35,962 nucleotides of DNA. Source: a virus. Its lineage: Duplodnaviria > Caudoviricetes. The stretch is taken from the IMG/VR virus record IMGVR_UViG_3300028588_000058, positions 1-35,962 of that record; one strand, 5' to 3'. Below, in pieces: positions 1 through 8,706 of this stretch. The notes beneath the pieces are model-generated. The model worked only from the letters and a program-made list of their open reading frames with translations. It was not told the DNA's origin and ran no database searches. The position numbers and the translations under genes were made by a program. Each line of letters begins with the position of its first letter. Positions within the stretch are counted from its first letter, which is position 1.

Positions 1-121
1 TTTCAGGGGTACCAGGAATGTTCTGTTTTAAGAATGCTTGTCGTTGTGCGTGCTCATCACGATGCGGTCGGTGTAGGCAATCGCCATGGCCGAAAGCAGG
101 AACGCGAAGTGGATCAGGGTC
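1..121. repeat. Left attachment repeat; displaced original 3' end of the yqhA-like gene
   Basis: Matches 35755..35874 with 4 substitutions and a 1-nt indel; identity stops after GTGGATCAGGGTC. The repeat may extend left of the window. Confidence 0.93.
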
Positions 122-347
122 GCAAAACTGCTGTTCGCTCCTATGGGAGCGGCCAGTTTCAACCCGGCATTTTACACCTCGCAGCGCATGGGGTCATCAA
201 GCGACTACGTTCCCAAAGGTTGCCAAACCCGTCCGCATTTTTCCATTTAGGCTGCTTCGACGCTTACGGCGACTGTCACTCTATTGTTGACCTCTGGCAA
301 CCACGAATACATCCTCCGCGACCTCAGTAGTACTGTTTTTTTACGCT

Positions 348-383
348 CATGTACAAATTTTTTTTGTACATGGTTTGTACATG
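348..383. promoter_or_regulatory. Putative integrase arm-type binding sites (TTTGTACATG x3)
   Basis: One inverted copy at 348-357 and direct copies at 363-372 and 374-383; a related tandem pair lies at the right end (35602-35620). Confidence 0.7.
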
Positions 384-415
384 AAAAGTGCTGCTTCAAC
401 CTCTGGAGGACGTAC

Positions 416-1450
416 ATGGCACTGCATCAACGTAAGGGAATCTGGTACTGGCGCAAGATGATCGACGGCGTGACGTTGAACCGTTCGACACAAACAGCAG
501 ACAAAAAGCTTGCCGAGAAATTGGTCAAGAAATGGGAACATGACGCTGTCCAGACGATCAAATACGACGGCGAGCGTCCAGTAACGCTGCACGAGGCAAT
601 CGATAGCTTCCTAGAGCAACGCAAACACATGGCCAGTTACCCGTCGGCTAGTCTTCACATGCAGCACTGGAAGAACGCGCTGCCTAATGAAAAGATGAAG
701 GCGCTGCAGAAGCACCAGGTTCAAGTAGTAGTCACCAAGCGGCTAGCGGAAGGGGCCGGGCAGAACACTATTTCGGTGTTCGTCACGTACTGGAACGCGC
801 TAATCAATCACTGCAAGGCGAACAAGCTAACGCCGGGTCCAAGCTTGGACCGGGTTCAGCCGAAGCGCACGCGGTTCCGCACGATCAACGAACAAGAGGA
901 AGCCGCGATGCTTGCGGCGACGTGTCCGAACGCTAAGTACCCAGGTAAGAACCCGGTCAACGATGCGCGCAAGCAGGATAACCAAGACGTTCTGGTGTGC
1001 TTGCTGCACTTGGGCGCACGTATTAGCGAAGCGCACAACCTACGCTGGTCAGATGTGGATTTTGCGAACAGTACGATCTTCGTGCGTCGGCTTAAAAACG
1101 GGGATGACACGCTGCTTATGATCACGAAGGCACTGCGCGTTGTTCTGGATCGCCGCTATGCGGCCAAGATCGACAACTGGGTTTTTCCTACAAAGTCAGG
1201 CGACGGCAAAGCTAACGCCAACTGGGTGAAGGATGTCGTCGAACGCGCCGGTATTGACTTGGGTGCTGGGAAGGTCACCAGCCACACCTTCAGGCATTCG
1301 GCTGCAACCCGGCTTTTACGCGCCGGTATGGACATTCGTAAGGTGCAGCACTTCCTCGGTCACAAGTCGATCCAGAGTACTTTAGTGTACTTACACGCGA
1401 TCCCGGGCGAAGTTGCAGCGCAAGCAATGTCAGTGTTTGACGCCGACTAA
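416..1450 (+). CDS. int: Tyrosine recombinase / phage integrase
   Basis: Catalytic motifs GARISE, HTFRH, LGH and TLVY; GGAGG RBS before ATG 416, preferred over the ORF-track start at 284. Confidence 0.95.
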   Translation: MALHQRKGIWYWRKMIDGVTLNRSTQTADKKLAEKLVKKWEHDAVQTIKYDGERPVTLHEAIDSFLEQRKHMASYPSASLHMQHWKNALPNEKMKALQKHQVQVVVTKRLAEGAGQNTISVFVTYWNALINHCKANKLTPGPSLDRVQPKRTRFRTINEQEEAAMLAATCPNAKYPGKNPVNDARKQDNQDVLVCLLHLGARISEAHNLRWSDVDFANSTIFVRRLKNGDDTLLMITKALRVVLDRRYAAKIDNWVFPTKSGDGKANANWVKDVVERAGIDLGAGKVTSHTFRHSAATRLLRAGMDIRKVQHFLGHKSIQSTLVYLHAIPGEVAAQAMSVFDAD

Positions 1451-1492
1451 ATACTTGCACGGGTGGTCATGTTCCCGTTCCTTCAGTTGTGC

Positions 1493-1529
1493 AAAAGCCC
1501 TTGACGATCTATTTCGTTAGGGGCTTTTT
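1493..1529. terminator. Intrinsic terminator after int, probably bidirectional
   Basis: AAAAGCCC...GGGCTTTTT stem with A- and T-tracts. Confidence 0.75.
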
Positions 1530-1953
1530 GTTGGACAGGTTCGCTTGAACACTATCCTGACCGCGTAAAACGGCTGCTCTCGCCCAAAAGTGCGCGAATC
1601 CAACAAACTATTCAGAAAATTAAAATTATTTAACGTGCTGCGATGCAGCATTCCGTGCCAAAAAAGAGAAAAAATAGCAGCAAGTAGTTGATTAGTAAAA
1701 TTTAGAGAAATGGCGCAATGCACCACGACCGTGAAACGAGTCTGATCAAAAGGTAGGCTTGCCGCATTTCGCTAAAAATTGCCTCGTGCAGTGATAAAAA
1801 GAACTATTTGTCCATTTAAATTAAAAAGTAAGGCACTAAATAGCGCAATCAGGTTTTTTTTGGGCACTTTGACGCTGCAAAAAACGCTGGTAACCTAAGT
1901 GTAAGCAATGGCCGTTGCAGAAAAAATAATCCTCTGACTAAGAAAGCGACACC

Positions 1954-2574
1954 ATGAACAACACCGAATTGCCCGTACCAACCACCACTGCTTCAGCGAC
2001 CAATTTTACCTACGTAGCCGAGCAGTACACCCGAGCGGCACAAACCTTCACTGATAGCTTTGAAAGCGCCGCAAATTCAGAAAACGCAAGCGCCGAATAC
2101 GAAGCGGCTAAGGAACTGATTAGCTCCATCGATGCCTTGAAAACAGCAGTCAGAGCCCGCATTGCGTCCATCCAACAGAGCGCTAAAGACCAGGCAATGC
2201 TGGCGGAACTCAAGCGGATGATTGAGAACGGTGCTGGGATGGATGAGATCAACGCAAAGATGACCCAACATCGTCCAGTCAGTAAGAAGCGCACGGCAAA
2301 CAGCTCGAGCCGTTCCCAGTATCCCAAGGCACCGAAAGTCTTTGTGTTCCTCGCATCGCCGGAGCACAACGATCTCAAGTGGGGTTACACCGGCAGTCTG
2401 CGCAATCTGGATTCATCGAAGACTGGCCAAGAATGGGCTAAGAAGCTTGCAGATGGTAGTGCTGATCCAGCCGCCTTCCGCAAGGCCACCGAAGAAGAGA
2501 CTGCTGAAATGCAGCGCCGCCGGGAGGCTTACATCAAAGATGCCGAGGAAGAGTGTGCTGCAAAAAAGCCGTAA
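1954..2574 (+). CDS. Hypothetical protein with possible divergent H-NS/MvaT-like architecture
   Basis: Helical N-terminus, basic linker, C-terminal SPEHNDLKWGYTG...EW segment; TAAATA at 1837. Confidence 0.6.
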   Translation: MNNTELPVPTTTASATNFTYVAEQYTRAAQTFTDSFESAANSENASAEYEAAKELISSIDALKTAVRARIASIQQSAKDQAMLAELKRMIENGAGMDEINAKMTQHRPVSKKRTANSSSRSQYPKAPKVFVFLASPEHNDLKWGYTGSLRNLDSSKTGQEWAKKLADGSADPAAFRKATEEETAEMQRRREAYIKDAEEECAAKKP

Positions 2575-2576
2575 CG

Positions 2577-2879
2577 ATGGGCCTTTCTGAACCCGACACG
2601 GAGAGCAAGTATTGTTTCTTCCTTGAACGGTGCGACACTCCGCCAGAGTTGAAGCCGTATTTGAAAGCCCGTCGTATAGCTGCGTTGCACTATGAGCGGA
2701 AACAGAATGCTTGCGACAAATGGACTTCGATAGCGCATGAGCATCTAGTTGAGATACTTGATCAAGACCCGGCCATTGAAATTTATCTCGACGGGCACTT
2801 CGACCCAAGCGACGACAGCTTTGAAGGCTTACCTCGGGCCTTTAAGCGGATCAATAAGAAGTTGTTTCTGGCGCAATAG
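2577..2879 (+). CDS. Hypothetical protein
   Basis: ORF starts 2 nt after the upstream stop codon. Confidence 0.55.
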   Translation: MGLSEPDTESKYCFFLERCDTPPELKPYLKARRIAALHYERKQNACDKWTSIAHEHLVEILDQDPAIEIYLDGHFDPSDDSFEGLPRAFKRINKKLFLAQ

Positions 2880-2945
2880 TTCCAATCGTAGTCTAGATAG
2901 TTGGTAGTCGCCACACCTTGGCTAATGGAAATGGCGGCACCATGC

Positions 2946-3145
2946 CGCCATTTCCAATAATCGTTATTTCAACCAAGTATCTGGGAAAAGAGCGAATGCG
3001 ATTCTGAGCTTGCGAATTGCCTTTTGTCCTTGACTTGCCAGATGCCTTCGTAGAAGCGAGCTTCGCTTTTGAGCAGAGCGAAAAAGTGTAAGCTATCTTA
3101 TAGGATAACCACAAGGGCATCTTATAGAAGATAGCTTACACTTTC
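2946..3145 (+). repeat. Long inverted repeat copy A, structured and apparently non-coding
   Basis: Reverse complement of 33154..33352; the 121-bp core 3025-3145 differs at about 5 positions; contains the 17-bp arms AAAGTGTAAGCTATCTT / AAGATAGCTTACACTTT. Confidence 0.95.
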
Positions 3146-3326
3146 CGAGCGACGCCCCCCAATTCTATTCGTCACCCAGAAACATTTCTCGAAACCTTTC
3201 AAAAATAATGACTTATGCAGCACCTGCCAATAGATTGGCTAAATAGAAGTACGCAGCGGACAAGGTTGCAAACAAGGTTTTCAGATTTCATGTTGTCGTT
3301 GCAGAAGTGTTTCTTCAACGGGACCC

Positions 3327-3359
3327 AAAACCCCACGTACTTGTCCTACGTGGGGTTTT
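3327..3359 (+). terminator. Terminator or attenuator hairpin
   Basis: AAAACCCCACGTA-loop-TACGTGGGGTTTT, ending 18 nt before the next ATG. Confidence 0.7.
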
Positions 3360-3377
3360 CCTTTCTGGAGCAATACA

Positions 3378-4310
3378 ATGAAGATTCAAGAACTGCCTAA
3401 CAAAGATAAGCTGACGCATTTCAACGTCCAGTACTACCACAACGAATGCGGTCAAGGCTCAGCATCGCACGTGGTTCAAGTCACGTACTCAACGAACGAT
3501 AACCCAATCAAGGCGCGTCAGAAGCATCACCAACACGTTGTCAAGTTTAACTTGAAAACCGAGAACAAGGCAATCAACAGGCTGGTCAAAGATCATCTGG
3601 GTGAAGACGCAAAAGAAGAGGTCAAGGCCACAATCAAACAGCTCAAGAAGGAAGCTGGCATTTCGGCTTTCTTCGGTTTCCGTCGAGTGCAGTACGCGCT
3701 GCCCCACAAATTCGTAGCAGGTCACGTATTCCACAAAAATACCATAGACCCGAAAACTTATGTCTACTGGTTCGTGCTTCCAGATAACACCAGCGTGATG
3801 CGCTTTACCTGGGCAGGGCATTTGATTGACGTTCCAATGATCGAACAAGTCAACCCAGTAGCAAATCAATCGCTTATGTATGCTTACTGGACTCCGTCAG
3901 TAACAGAAGACGACTTAACCCAACGGATTGAAGAGTTGAAACGTGGCAAAGCCGGACATGCACCAGATGATAGCGCAGTGGAAGATACGAGCGAAAACGC
4001 AAGCGTTGAAGAAGCAACAAGTGATGAGCCAGTTAGCGAAACATGCGGAGCTGATGCAGTGGCCGGAGTTGACGGGCACTCCGAAGCAGGTAGGGTGGGC
4101 AACGACAATCAGGCACGAGCTGCTAGGCGCAAGCCAAACCGAATTGAAAAGCCAGTACAGCATCCAGGCGATTTTAGCGATTATGGAAACGTTGGCTTCG
4201 AGAACGGATTCGGTATGGTGGATCAATCAAGCGAGTCACCATTCTTTGATAAGTATGTTGAACGCGATACTGATCTTGGAACCTCGATTTGTCTTCGAAA
4301 TTCTTTTTGA
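3378..4310 (+). CDS. Hypothetical protein whose C-terminal third overlaps another gene
   Basis: GGAG RBS and 310-aa ORF with no recognised domain. Confidence 0.65.
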   Translation: MKIQELPNKDKLTHFNVQYYHNECGQGSASHVVQVTYSTNDNPIKARQKHHQHVVKFNLKTENKAINRLVKDHLGEDAKEEVKATIKQLKKEAGISAFFGFRRVQYALPHKFVAGHVFHKNTIDPKTYVYWFVLPDNTSVMRFTWAGHLIDVPMIEQVNPVANQSLMYAYWTPSVTEDDLTQRIEELKRGKAGHAPDDSAVEDTSENASVEEATSDEPVSETCGADAVAGVDGHSEAGRVGNDNQARAARRKPNRIEKPVQHPGDFSDYGNVGFENGFGMVDQSSESPFFDKYVERDTDLGTSICLRNSF

Positions 4311-4326
4311 AGAATTGAAGTTATAA
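3943..4326 (+). CDS. Conserved phage hypothetical protein of the PELTGxxKQxxWAxxIR type
   Basis: WPELTGTPKQVGWATTIR ... SVWWIN matches a recurrent phage/plasmid motif that I recall; GTG start after GAAGAG. Confidence 0.65.
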   Translation: MAKPDMHQMIAQWKIRAKTQALKKQQVMSQLAKHAELMQWPELTGTPKQVGWATTIRHELLGASQTELKSQYSIQAILAIMETLASRTDSVWWINQASHHSLISMLNAILILEPRFVFEILFEELKL

Positions 4327-4337
4327 GTAATTGCCGT

Positions 4338-4670
4338 ATGGATTATCTAACTTTACATGACGAACTTTTGAAGAAAGCCCAAAGCGGCTATTGGGGCTAC
4401 ACCAGCTCAGAACTTGAATGTCATCACATCATCCCGGTATCGCTAGGCGGGAGAGATACGCCGTCGAATTGGTGCTACGTGCCGATACGTGTTCACTATC
4501 TGCTTCACATAATTCTTGTCAAGCTAGGCCACATCGACCAAGTCTTTGCGGTCGAGCTTATTGCACGTCGCATGAGACTACGCTTACCTGGATGGATTCG
4601 ACGGCTACTTAACCGCAGAAGACAGCAGCTCTACCGGGAAGCGAATAGGTCACGCTTGAGCGAATGCTAA
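4338..4670 (+). CDS. Small HNH endonuclease of homing type
   Basis: ECHHIIPVSLGGRDTPSN...H...H motif. Confidence 0.85.
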   Translation: MDYLTLHDELLKKAQSGYWGYTSSELECHHIIPVSLGGRDTPSNWCYVPIRVHYLLHIILVKLGHIDQVFAVELIARRMRLRLPGWIRRLLNRRRQQLYREANRSRLSEC

Positions 4671-4709
4671 ATAGAAGATGTAGTTGAACGCTGCATAACT
4701 CCTAAATTG

Positions 4710-4746
4710 AAAGGCCACGTGGAAAGGGATTCCCACGTGGCCTTTT
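4710..4746 (+). terminator. Intrinsic terminator
   Basis: AAAGGCCACGTGG-loop-CCACGTGGCCTTTT. Confidence 0.75.
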
Positions 4747-4814
4747 CTAATTTCTGCTGCGTTAACGATTCACAAGTCGTTAATAAATACCGCGTCACAA
4801 CTTAGGAGATACAC

Positions 4815-5219
4815 ATGACAACAATCACATTACTGAAACAGCTGAAAGCTCACTTGGCCGGCAAGCTGCAATCGCAACGCGTAGAACGCAAGCCAAAGGC
4901 GCCTGCGGCAACGGCTACAAACGCGACCGCAAGTCCCCAGAACGTCTTGTATTCGCTTTTTGAGTACGAGAAGATCGACCGCTTTGCCAGCTACCGCGAC
5001 AAGATCATTCCGAAGCTGCTAGCACACGGCTACGGCTATTTTCTTTCTTGCGACAGCGCGGACTATGTCGAACACCAGAAGTGGTGCGATCAGTACAGCA
5101 TTGACGGCAGTTTGCCACATTGTGATGTCTGGCAAGTAAGCACAAAGTACCCGCGTGCGTTCGCAAGTAAGGCCGATGCGGCCATGTTCAAAATTACATT
5201 CGACGCCGACAACATCTAG
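4815..5219 (+). CDS. Hypothetical protein
   Basis: AGGAG RBS; TAAATA at 4784. Confidence 0.7.
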   Translation: MTTITLLKQLKAHLAGKLQSQRVERKPKAPAATATNATASPQNVLYSLFEYEKIDRFASYRDKIIPKLLAHGYGYFLSCDSADYVEHQKWCDQYSIDGSLPHCDVWQVSTKYPRAFASKADAAMFKITFDADNI

Positions 5220-5502
5220 AATTGAAACAAATCAAAAATTGGAGTAAGTCATTAAATGTGGTTGTTCTAATTTGTACTTGCATGCGCGTCATGAATGTTT
5301 GTGATTCTTTGCCAACAAAACAGCTGACTGTATAGATGTAGATCAATTATTAAGTCAAAATGTTATTTTAGGTATTGATTCAGCGGTACATTGGAACACT
5401 ATCTACTGCCCGATGAAGAGAATCTAAGTCAAAGGGTAGGATAAACGTCGTGAGATTTACGCCGTGTGCGTAAAAATTCTAATGTCGCGAAAGGGTTCTG
5501 CA

Positions 5503-5790
5503 ATGAAATACCTACCGCTTGAAGCATCCCACCGGGACTATCTGAACGTCAAGGGTGCAATCGTACTTGACAATGACGGTAACGAGTCACTTGCGGGCTT
5601 GTCATGGTCGGAGTCGGTACTTTACCTTGAGCTACTGGCTGGAATGCTTAGCAAGGATTTGCCGCGTGACATTTCCGTTCTCGCTTGCTTCTTGTCAATG
5701 CATGAGCGACACACAACGGCATTGCCCGAGTTGCCGACAATTCTTGATGCCTTGTTATTGTTAGGAAAACAAGCAAGGTCACAATTTTGA
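5503..5790 (+). CDS. Hypothetical protein
   Basis: ORF only; ATG 5503 chosen over GTG 5464. Confidence 0.55.
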   Translation: MKYLPLEASHRDYLNVKGAIVLDNDGNESLAGLSWSESVLYLELLAGMLSKDLPRDISVLACFLSMHERHTTALPELPTILDALLLLGKQARSQF

Positions 5791-5795
5791 TAGCT

Positions 5796-6152
5796 TTAAC
5801 CTTTCGGCCTGACGTTGCGAACTTTAGACAGCGACAGGTCGGGCAGGGACTCGAAATCTAGCGAACAGAGCCATGACTGCGCGTAATCGACTGGCTTCCC
5901 ATCGGCGTTCACATGTCGTTCAAACCCCGCGAGTGTGAAGCGACCGTCATTGCACCAGACGACATGAACATCGGTCAGCTCGTGGCGTAGGTCACTGCCT
6001 TGCATCAGCCGAGCAACCTTAGCGGGGCGGCGTAGTCCCTGGTTGCTGACATCCATGATGACAAGCATCCCGCGATGACCTGGCAGTTGACTCAACACCC
6101 GGCGATCGTACTCCACGCCCTTGTCCCGCATCCGAACGACCTTAACCTGCAT
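5796..6152 (-). CDS. Putative SOS-regulated small prophage protein
   Basis: LAGFER...YAQSWLC C-terminus resembles small proteins often found beside SRAP genes; LexA box upstream. Confidence 0.7.
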   Translation of the reverse strand: MQVKVVRMRDKGVEYDRRVLSQLPGHRGMLVIMDVSNQGLRRPAKVARLMQGSDLRHELTDVHVVWCNDGRFTLAGFERHVNADGKPVDYAQSWLCSLDFESLPDLSLSKVRNVRPKG

Positions 6153-6171
6153 GACTGCCCCCGACCCGTAC

Positions 6172-6191
6172 TACTGTATAAACGTACAGTA
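6172..6191. promoter_or_regulatory. LexA (SOS) box
   Basis: TACTGTATAAACGTACAGTA fits CTGT-N8-ACAG, about 20 nt upstream of the 6152 start. Confidence 0.85.
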
Positions 6192-6332
6192 TAATGCTTT
6201 CATCGGTCGGATTGTCATGGATTTCGCCAGTAAGCGCAGCGACCTCCCACGGATTGTCACAGCAAGTTGATCCTCCTCAGGAACGACACTAGACTCGCGA
6301 TCCGATTAAATGAATTTTAAGGGAGCGCTGGC

Positions 6333-6740
6333 ATGGTGTGTTTTAGCTTGTTCGACGAAGCCAATAAGCTTCGCGAATTGATCAAGAGTAATCCGTCTGA
6401 ACATCCGACTCTATGTAACGACGAAGATCTGTTAGAGCTGCCGTTCCAACCAAACCATAAGGGATTCTTCATGGTGCTAGTGCCAGGACGGATGCACGGC
6501 ATACATGGCAATTTCAGCTATTCGGCTAACGAGAATAAGAGGGAAGAAGCGAAAGCCTTTGTCACAAATCACACTGTGCAGCAATTGATCGAGGGGCTGC
6601 TGCTAGTCAGCACCGCATGTTCGTGGGATCGTGTTCCCGACAAACTGAGAGCAGCGACTTCACTGGGATTCGCGGCAATTGCGTTCAGTACACCAGAGCG
6701 CTTACAGGTGTTAGGTGAATGCGCTGACCACATGCGCTAA
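6333..6740 (+). CDS. Hypothetical protein
   Basis: GGGAG RBS; followed by a hairpin. Confidence 0.6.
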   Translation: MVCFSLFDEANKLRELIKSNPSEHPTLCNDEDLLELPFQPNHKGFFMVLVPGRMHGIHGNFSYSANENKREEAKAFVTNHTVQQLIEGLLLVSTACSWDRVPDKLRAATSLGFAAIAFSTPERLQVLGECADHMR

Positions 6741-6759
6741 GTACAGGTGATCAGTAAAT

Positions 6760-6782
6760 GAAGGGGCGCAGTGCGCCCCTTC
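6760..6782. terminator. Hairpin between convergent genes
   Basis: GAAGGGGCGCA-G-TGCGCCCCTTC. Confidence 0.6.
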
Positions 6783-6808
6783 GTAACCTCTAGTCAATGC
6801 TGAGCTTT

Positions 6809-7861
6809 CTAAGGTAAGGACTTTGCTGGCTTACCTAACTGCTGACGCAGCTGAACGATGTTCAACCAAATCTTTTTTGCGTGTACTGCTCGGTGGCAGC
6901 TTACGCACAGTAACACCAAGTCCTTGGGGCTGGTCGTGTCGCCTGGTTTAAGAGTGTGCACGGGCTTGGTGTGGTGTACGTCTATTAGACTGTCCGCTAT
7001 GTCGCCGTACTTCGTCGCGAAGTCTAGGTCGCACCCTGCACACTCCAGCTTGCCATGCCGCTTTCTGTATTGCTTTTTGAAGGCGGCAGCAAGCTTACGA
7101 CTACGTTCGCGATAGCGATGCATGCGGGTGAGGATACGGCCTTCCTCGCAGTCCTCAATCCCTTCTTCATCCTCTTCTCCAATGCCGGTCTCATCATCGT
7201 CAAAGTCGACCGCTGCCTTAATCATTTCGACAAGGCTACCAAGGTAATCAAGTCGGTGCGCGTACAAGTCCCAGACGACTTGCTCGTCCTTGTTTCCCCG
7301 AGCTAGACCAACCTTGCCCGTTACCGTATAAAGTGGATCGATAGCCTGGTAGTTCATCATCTTCATGTACACGCCGGCAGCGTTGCGGTATGTTTTCCCG
7401 AGTACTGACTTTGTCGACATCTTGCCTAGCAGCTCTGATAGCTCTATTACCTTCGCACTTGTCTTACCTGGTGGCGATTTGCGATTGTTGAGGTAAAGAT
7501 GTAGCGCAAGAAGCAATTCGTCCCGATTCCAATTGGGGTTTTTTCCTTCGCCTACAGCAAGGGTTGTGGTCGCACCAGGCGCGTCTTTTACTTCAAACCC
7601 CATCTTTTGCAGGACGGGTACGCAAAAGTTGACCCCGCCCGAATGATCGTATGCAGTCATCGTCGTGTTGAATTCGATGCCGTACGCGACCCCGGCAATA
7701 GCCTTGGAGTCGTACTCCTTTCCATTGAGAACCAATGGATACTTGCGCGATTTCTTGTAGCCGTATTTCCTCAAGAAGACATCACGACCGAGTTTGTCGC
7801 ACTCAGCAATAGCAGTTAGAACGGCATCGCGGGAAGACAACAACTTGATGTTCTTTTGCAT
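6809..7861 (-). CDS. McrA-like HNH endonuclease, putative type IV modification-dependent restriction enzyme
   Basis: N-terminal YDSKAIAGVA..SGG segment resembling the ScoMcrA head; NPNWNRDELLLAL domain; C-terminal EEG..H..RER..CxxC..DVHH..P..LLCxxCH. Confidence 0.8.
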   Translation of the reverse strand: MQKNIKLLSSRDAVLTAIAECDKLGRDVFLRKYGYKKSRKYPLVLNGKEYDSKAIAGVAYGIEFNTTMTAYDHSGGVNFCVPVLQKMGFEVKDAPGATTTLAVGEGKNPNWNRDELLLALHLYLNNRKSPPGKTSAKVIELSELLGKMSTKSVLGKTYRNAAGVYMKMMNYQAIDPLYTVTGKVGLARGNKDEQVVWDLYAHRLDYLGSLVEMIKAAVDFDDDETGIGEEDEEGIEDCEEGRILTRMHRYRERSRKLAAAFKKQYRKRHGKLECAGCDLDFATKYGDIADSLIDVHHTKPVHTLKPGDTTSPKDLVLLCVSCHRAVHAKKIWLNIVQLRQQLGKPAKSLP

Positions 7862-8706
7862 AGTTTTCTTAAGGAATGAGTTGCCAGACTATAACACTGC
7901 GAGGCCAGCAACAGAAATTCTCATGAGCACTGAGTCGCAGCAAAACCACACTAAATTTAAGCTACCCCATCCCCGGATTGCTTATACAGTAATACAACGT
8001 CACCCAACTGTTCGGAGTTATCCCGAAGAATCGAAGCCCAAAGAACTGCCGTAGAAGGCAGACTGGAAACAACAGCAGCAATTGACTCTGCTGTTTAATT
8101 GAAAGCCAGGAACGGATGCCCGAACGCAGCAAGTTTCAGCTAGGCAGTTGGTTCTGACGAACATCTCATCGCTAGTACTCAAACGCAATTAAAGTCGGCA
8201 ACATGACACCAACTTATAACAGAGTGATGCTACGGGCAGATGAACTTGCTCACAGATAGTTGCTACCAAAGCAATGACGCGCCACGCTGTCAAGCGTAAC
8301 TCAGCTACGTAGTGTCGAACGCGATGTTTTGACGCAGCCATGAGGGTTCTCGTGACGCTGGTAGCATGTTGCACACCAGCGCAGCTATACATAAGGCTAT
8401 CAGCAGCAGTCAATTGTCGGTTGAACCGACACTATGTTTGTACATTATTTGTACACGACAGCACACAGTCACGTAAGCTCTTGAATCTTCTGATGTATTC
8501 CAGACCTAAGCAATACTATGTGTATTACGCACATCAGCAGCAGCTCACACTGAATCGCGTAAGCTCCTGTTTCTTCTGACTATTCTCATGTTATTCACAA
8601 TTGATCAGCTAGCTGTGAATAACTTCAGAATTCTTGATCCCGAAATCACGTTGTTGTGTAGCGTAGCTGCTGAGTGGCAGGTGGCATCAAATGAAATCGA
8701 CTTCGA

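Noticed and set aside
18-330. ORFs 18..290 and 34..330, and their counterparts at 35685..35914
   Set aside because: They are shadow frames antisense to the yqhA 3' end and cross the att junction
284-415. Extended integrase N-terminus from TTG 284
   Set aside because: It runs through the arm-type repeats; ATG 416 has a strong RBS
2893-3120. ORFs inside the inverted repeats (also 33208..33438)
   Set aside because: They read in opposite senses relative to the repeat, so no frame is shared; conservation looks nucleotide- or structure-based
3083-3144. Palindrome as a protelomerase or lox/FRT-type site
   Set aside because: The 28-nt asymmetric spacer fits neither a perfect telRL palindrome nor a 6-8 bp tyrosine-recombinase core, and no protelomerase is seen
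5327-5345. CTGTATAGATGTAGAT as a second LexA box
   Set aside because: It lacks the ACAG half-site
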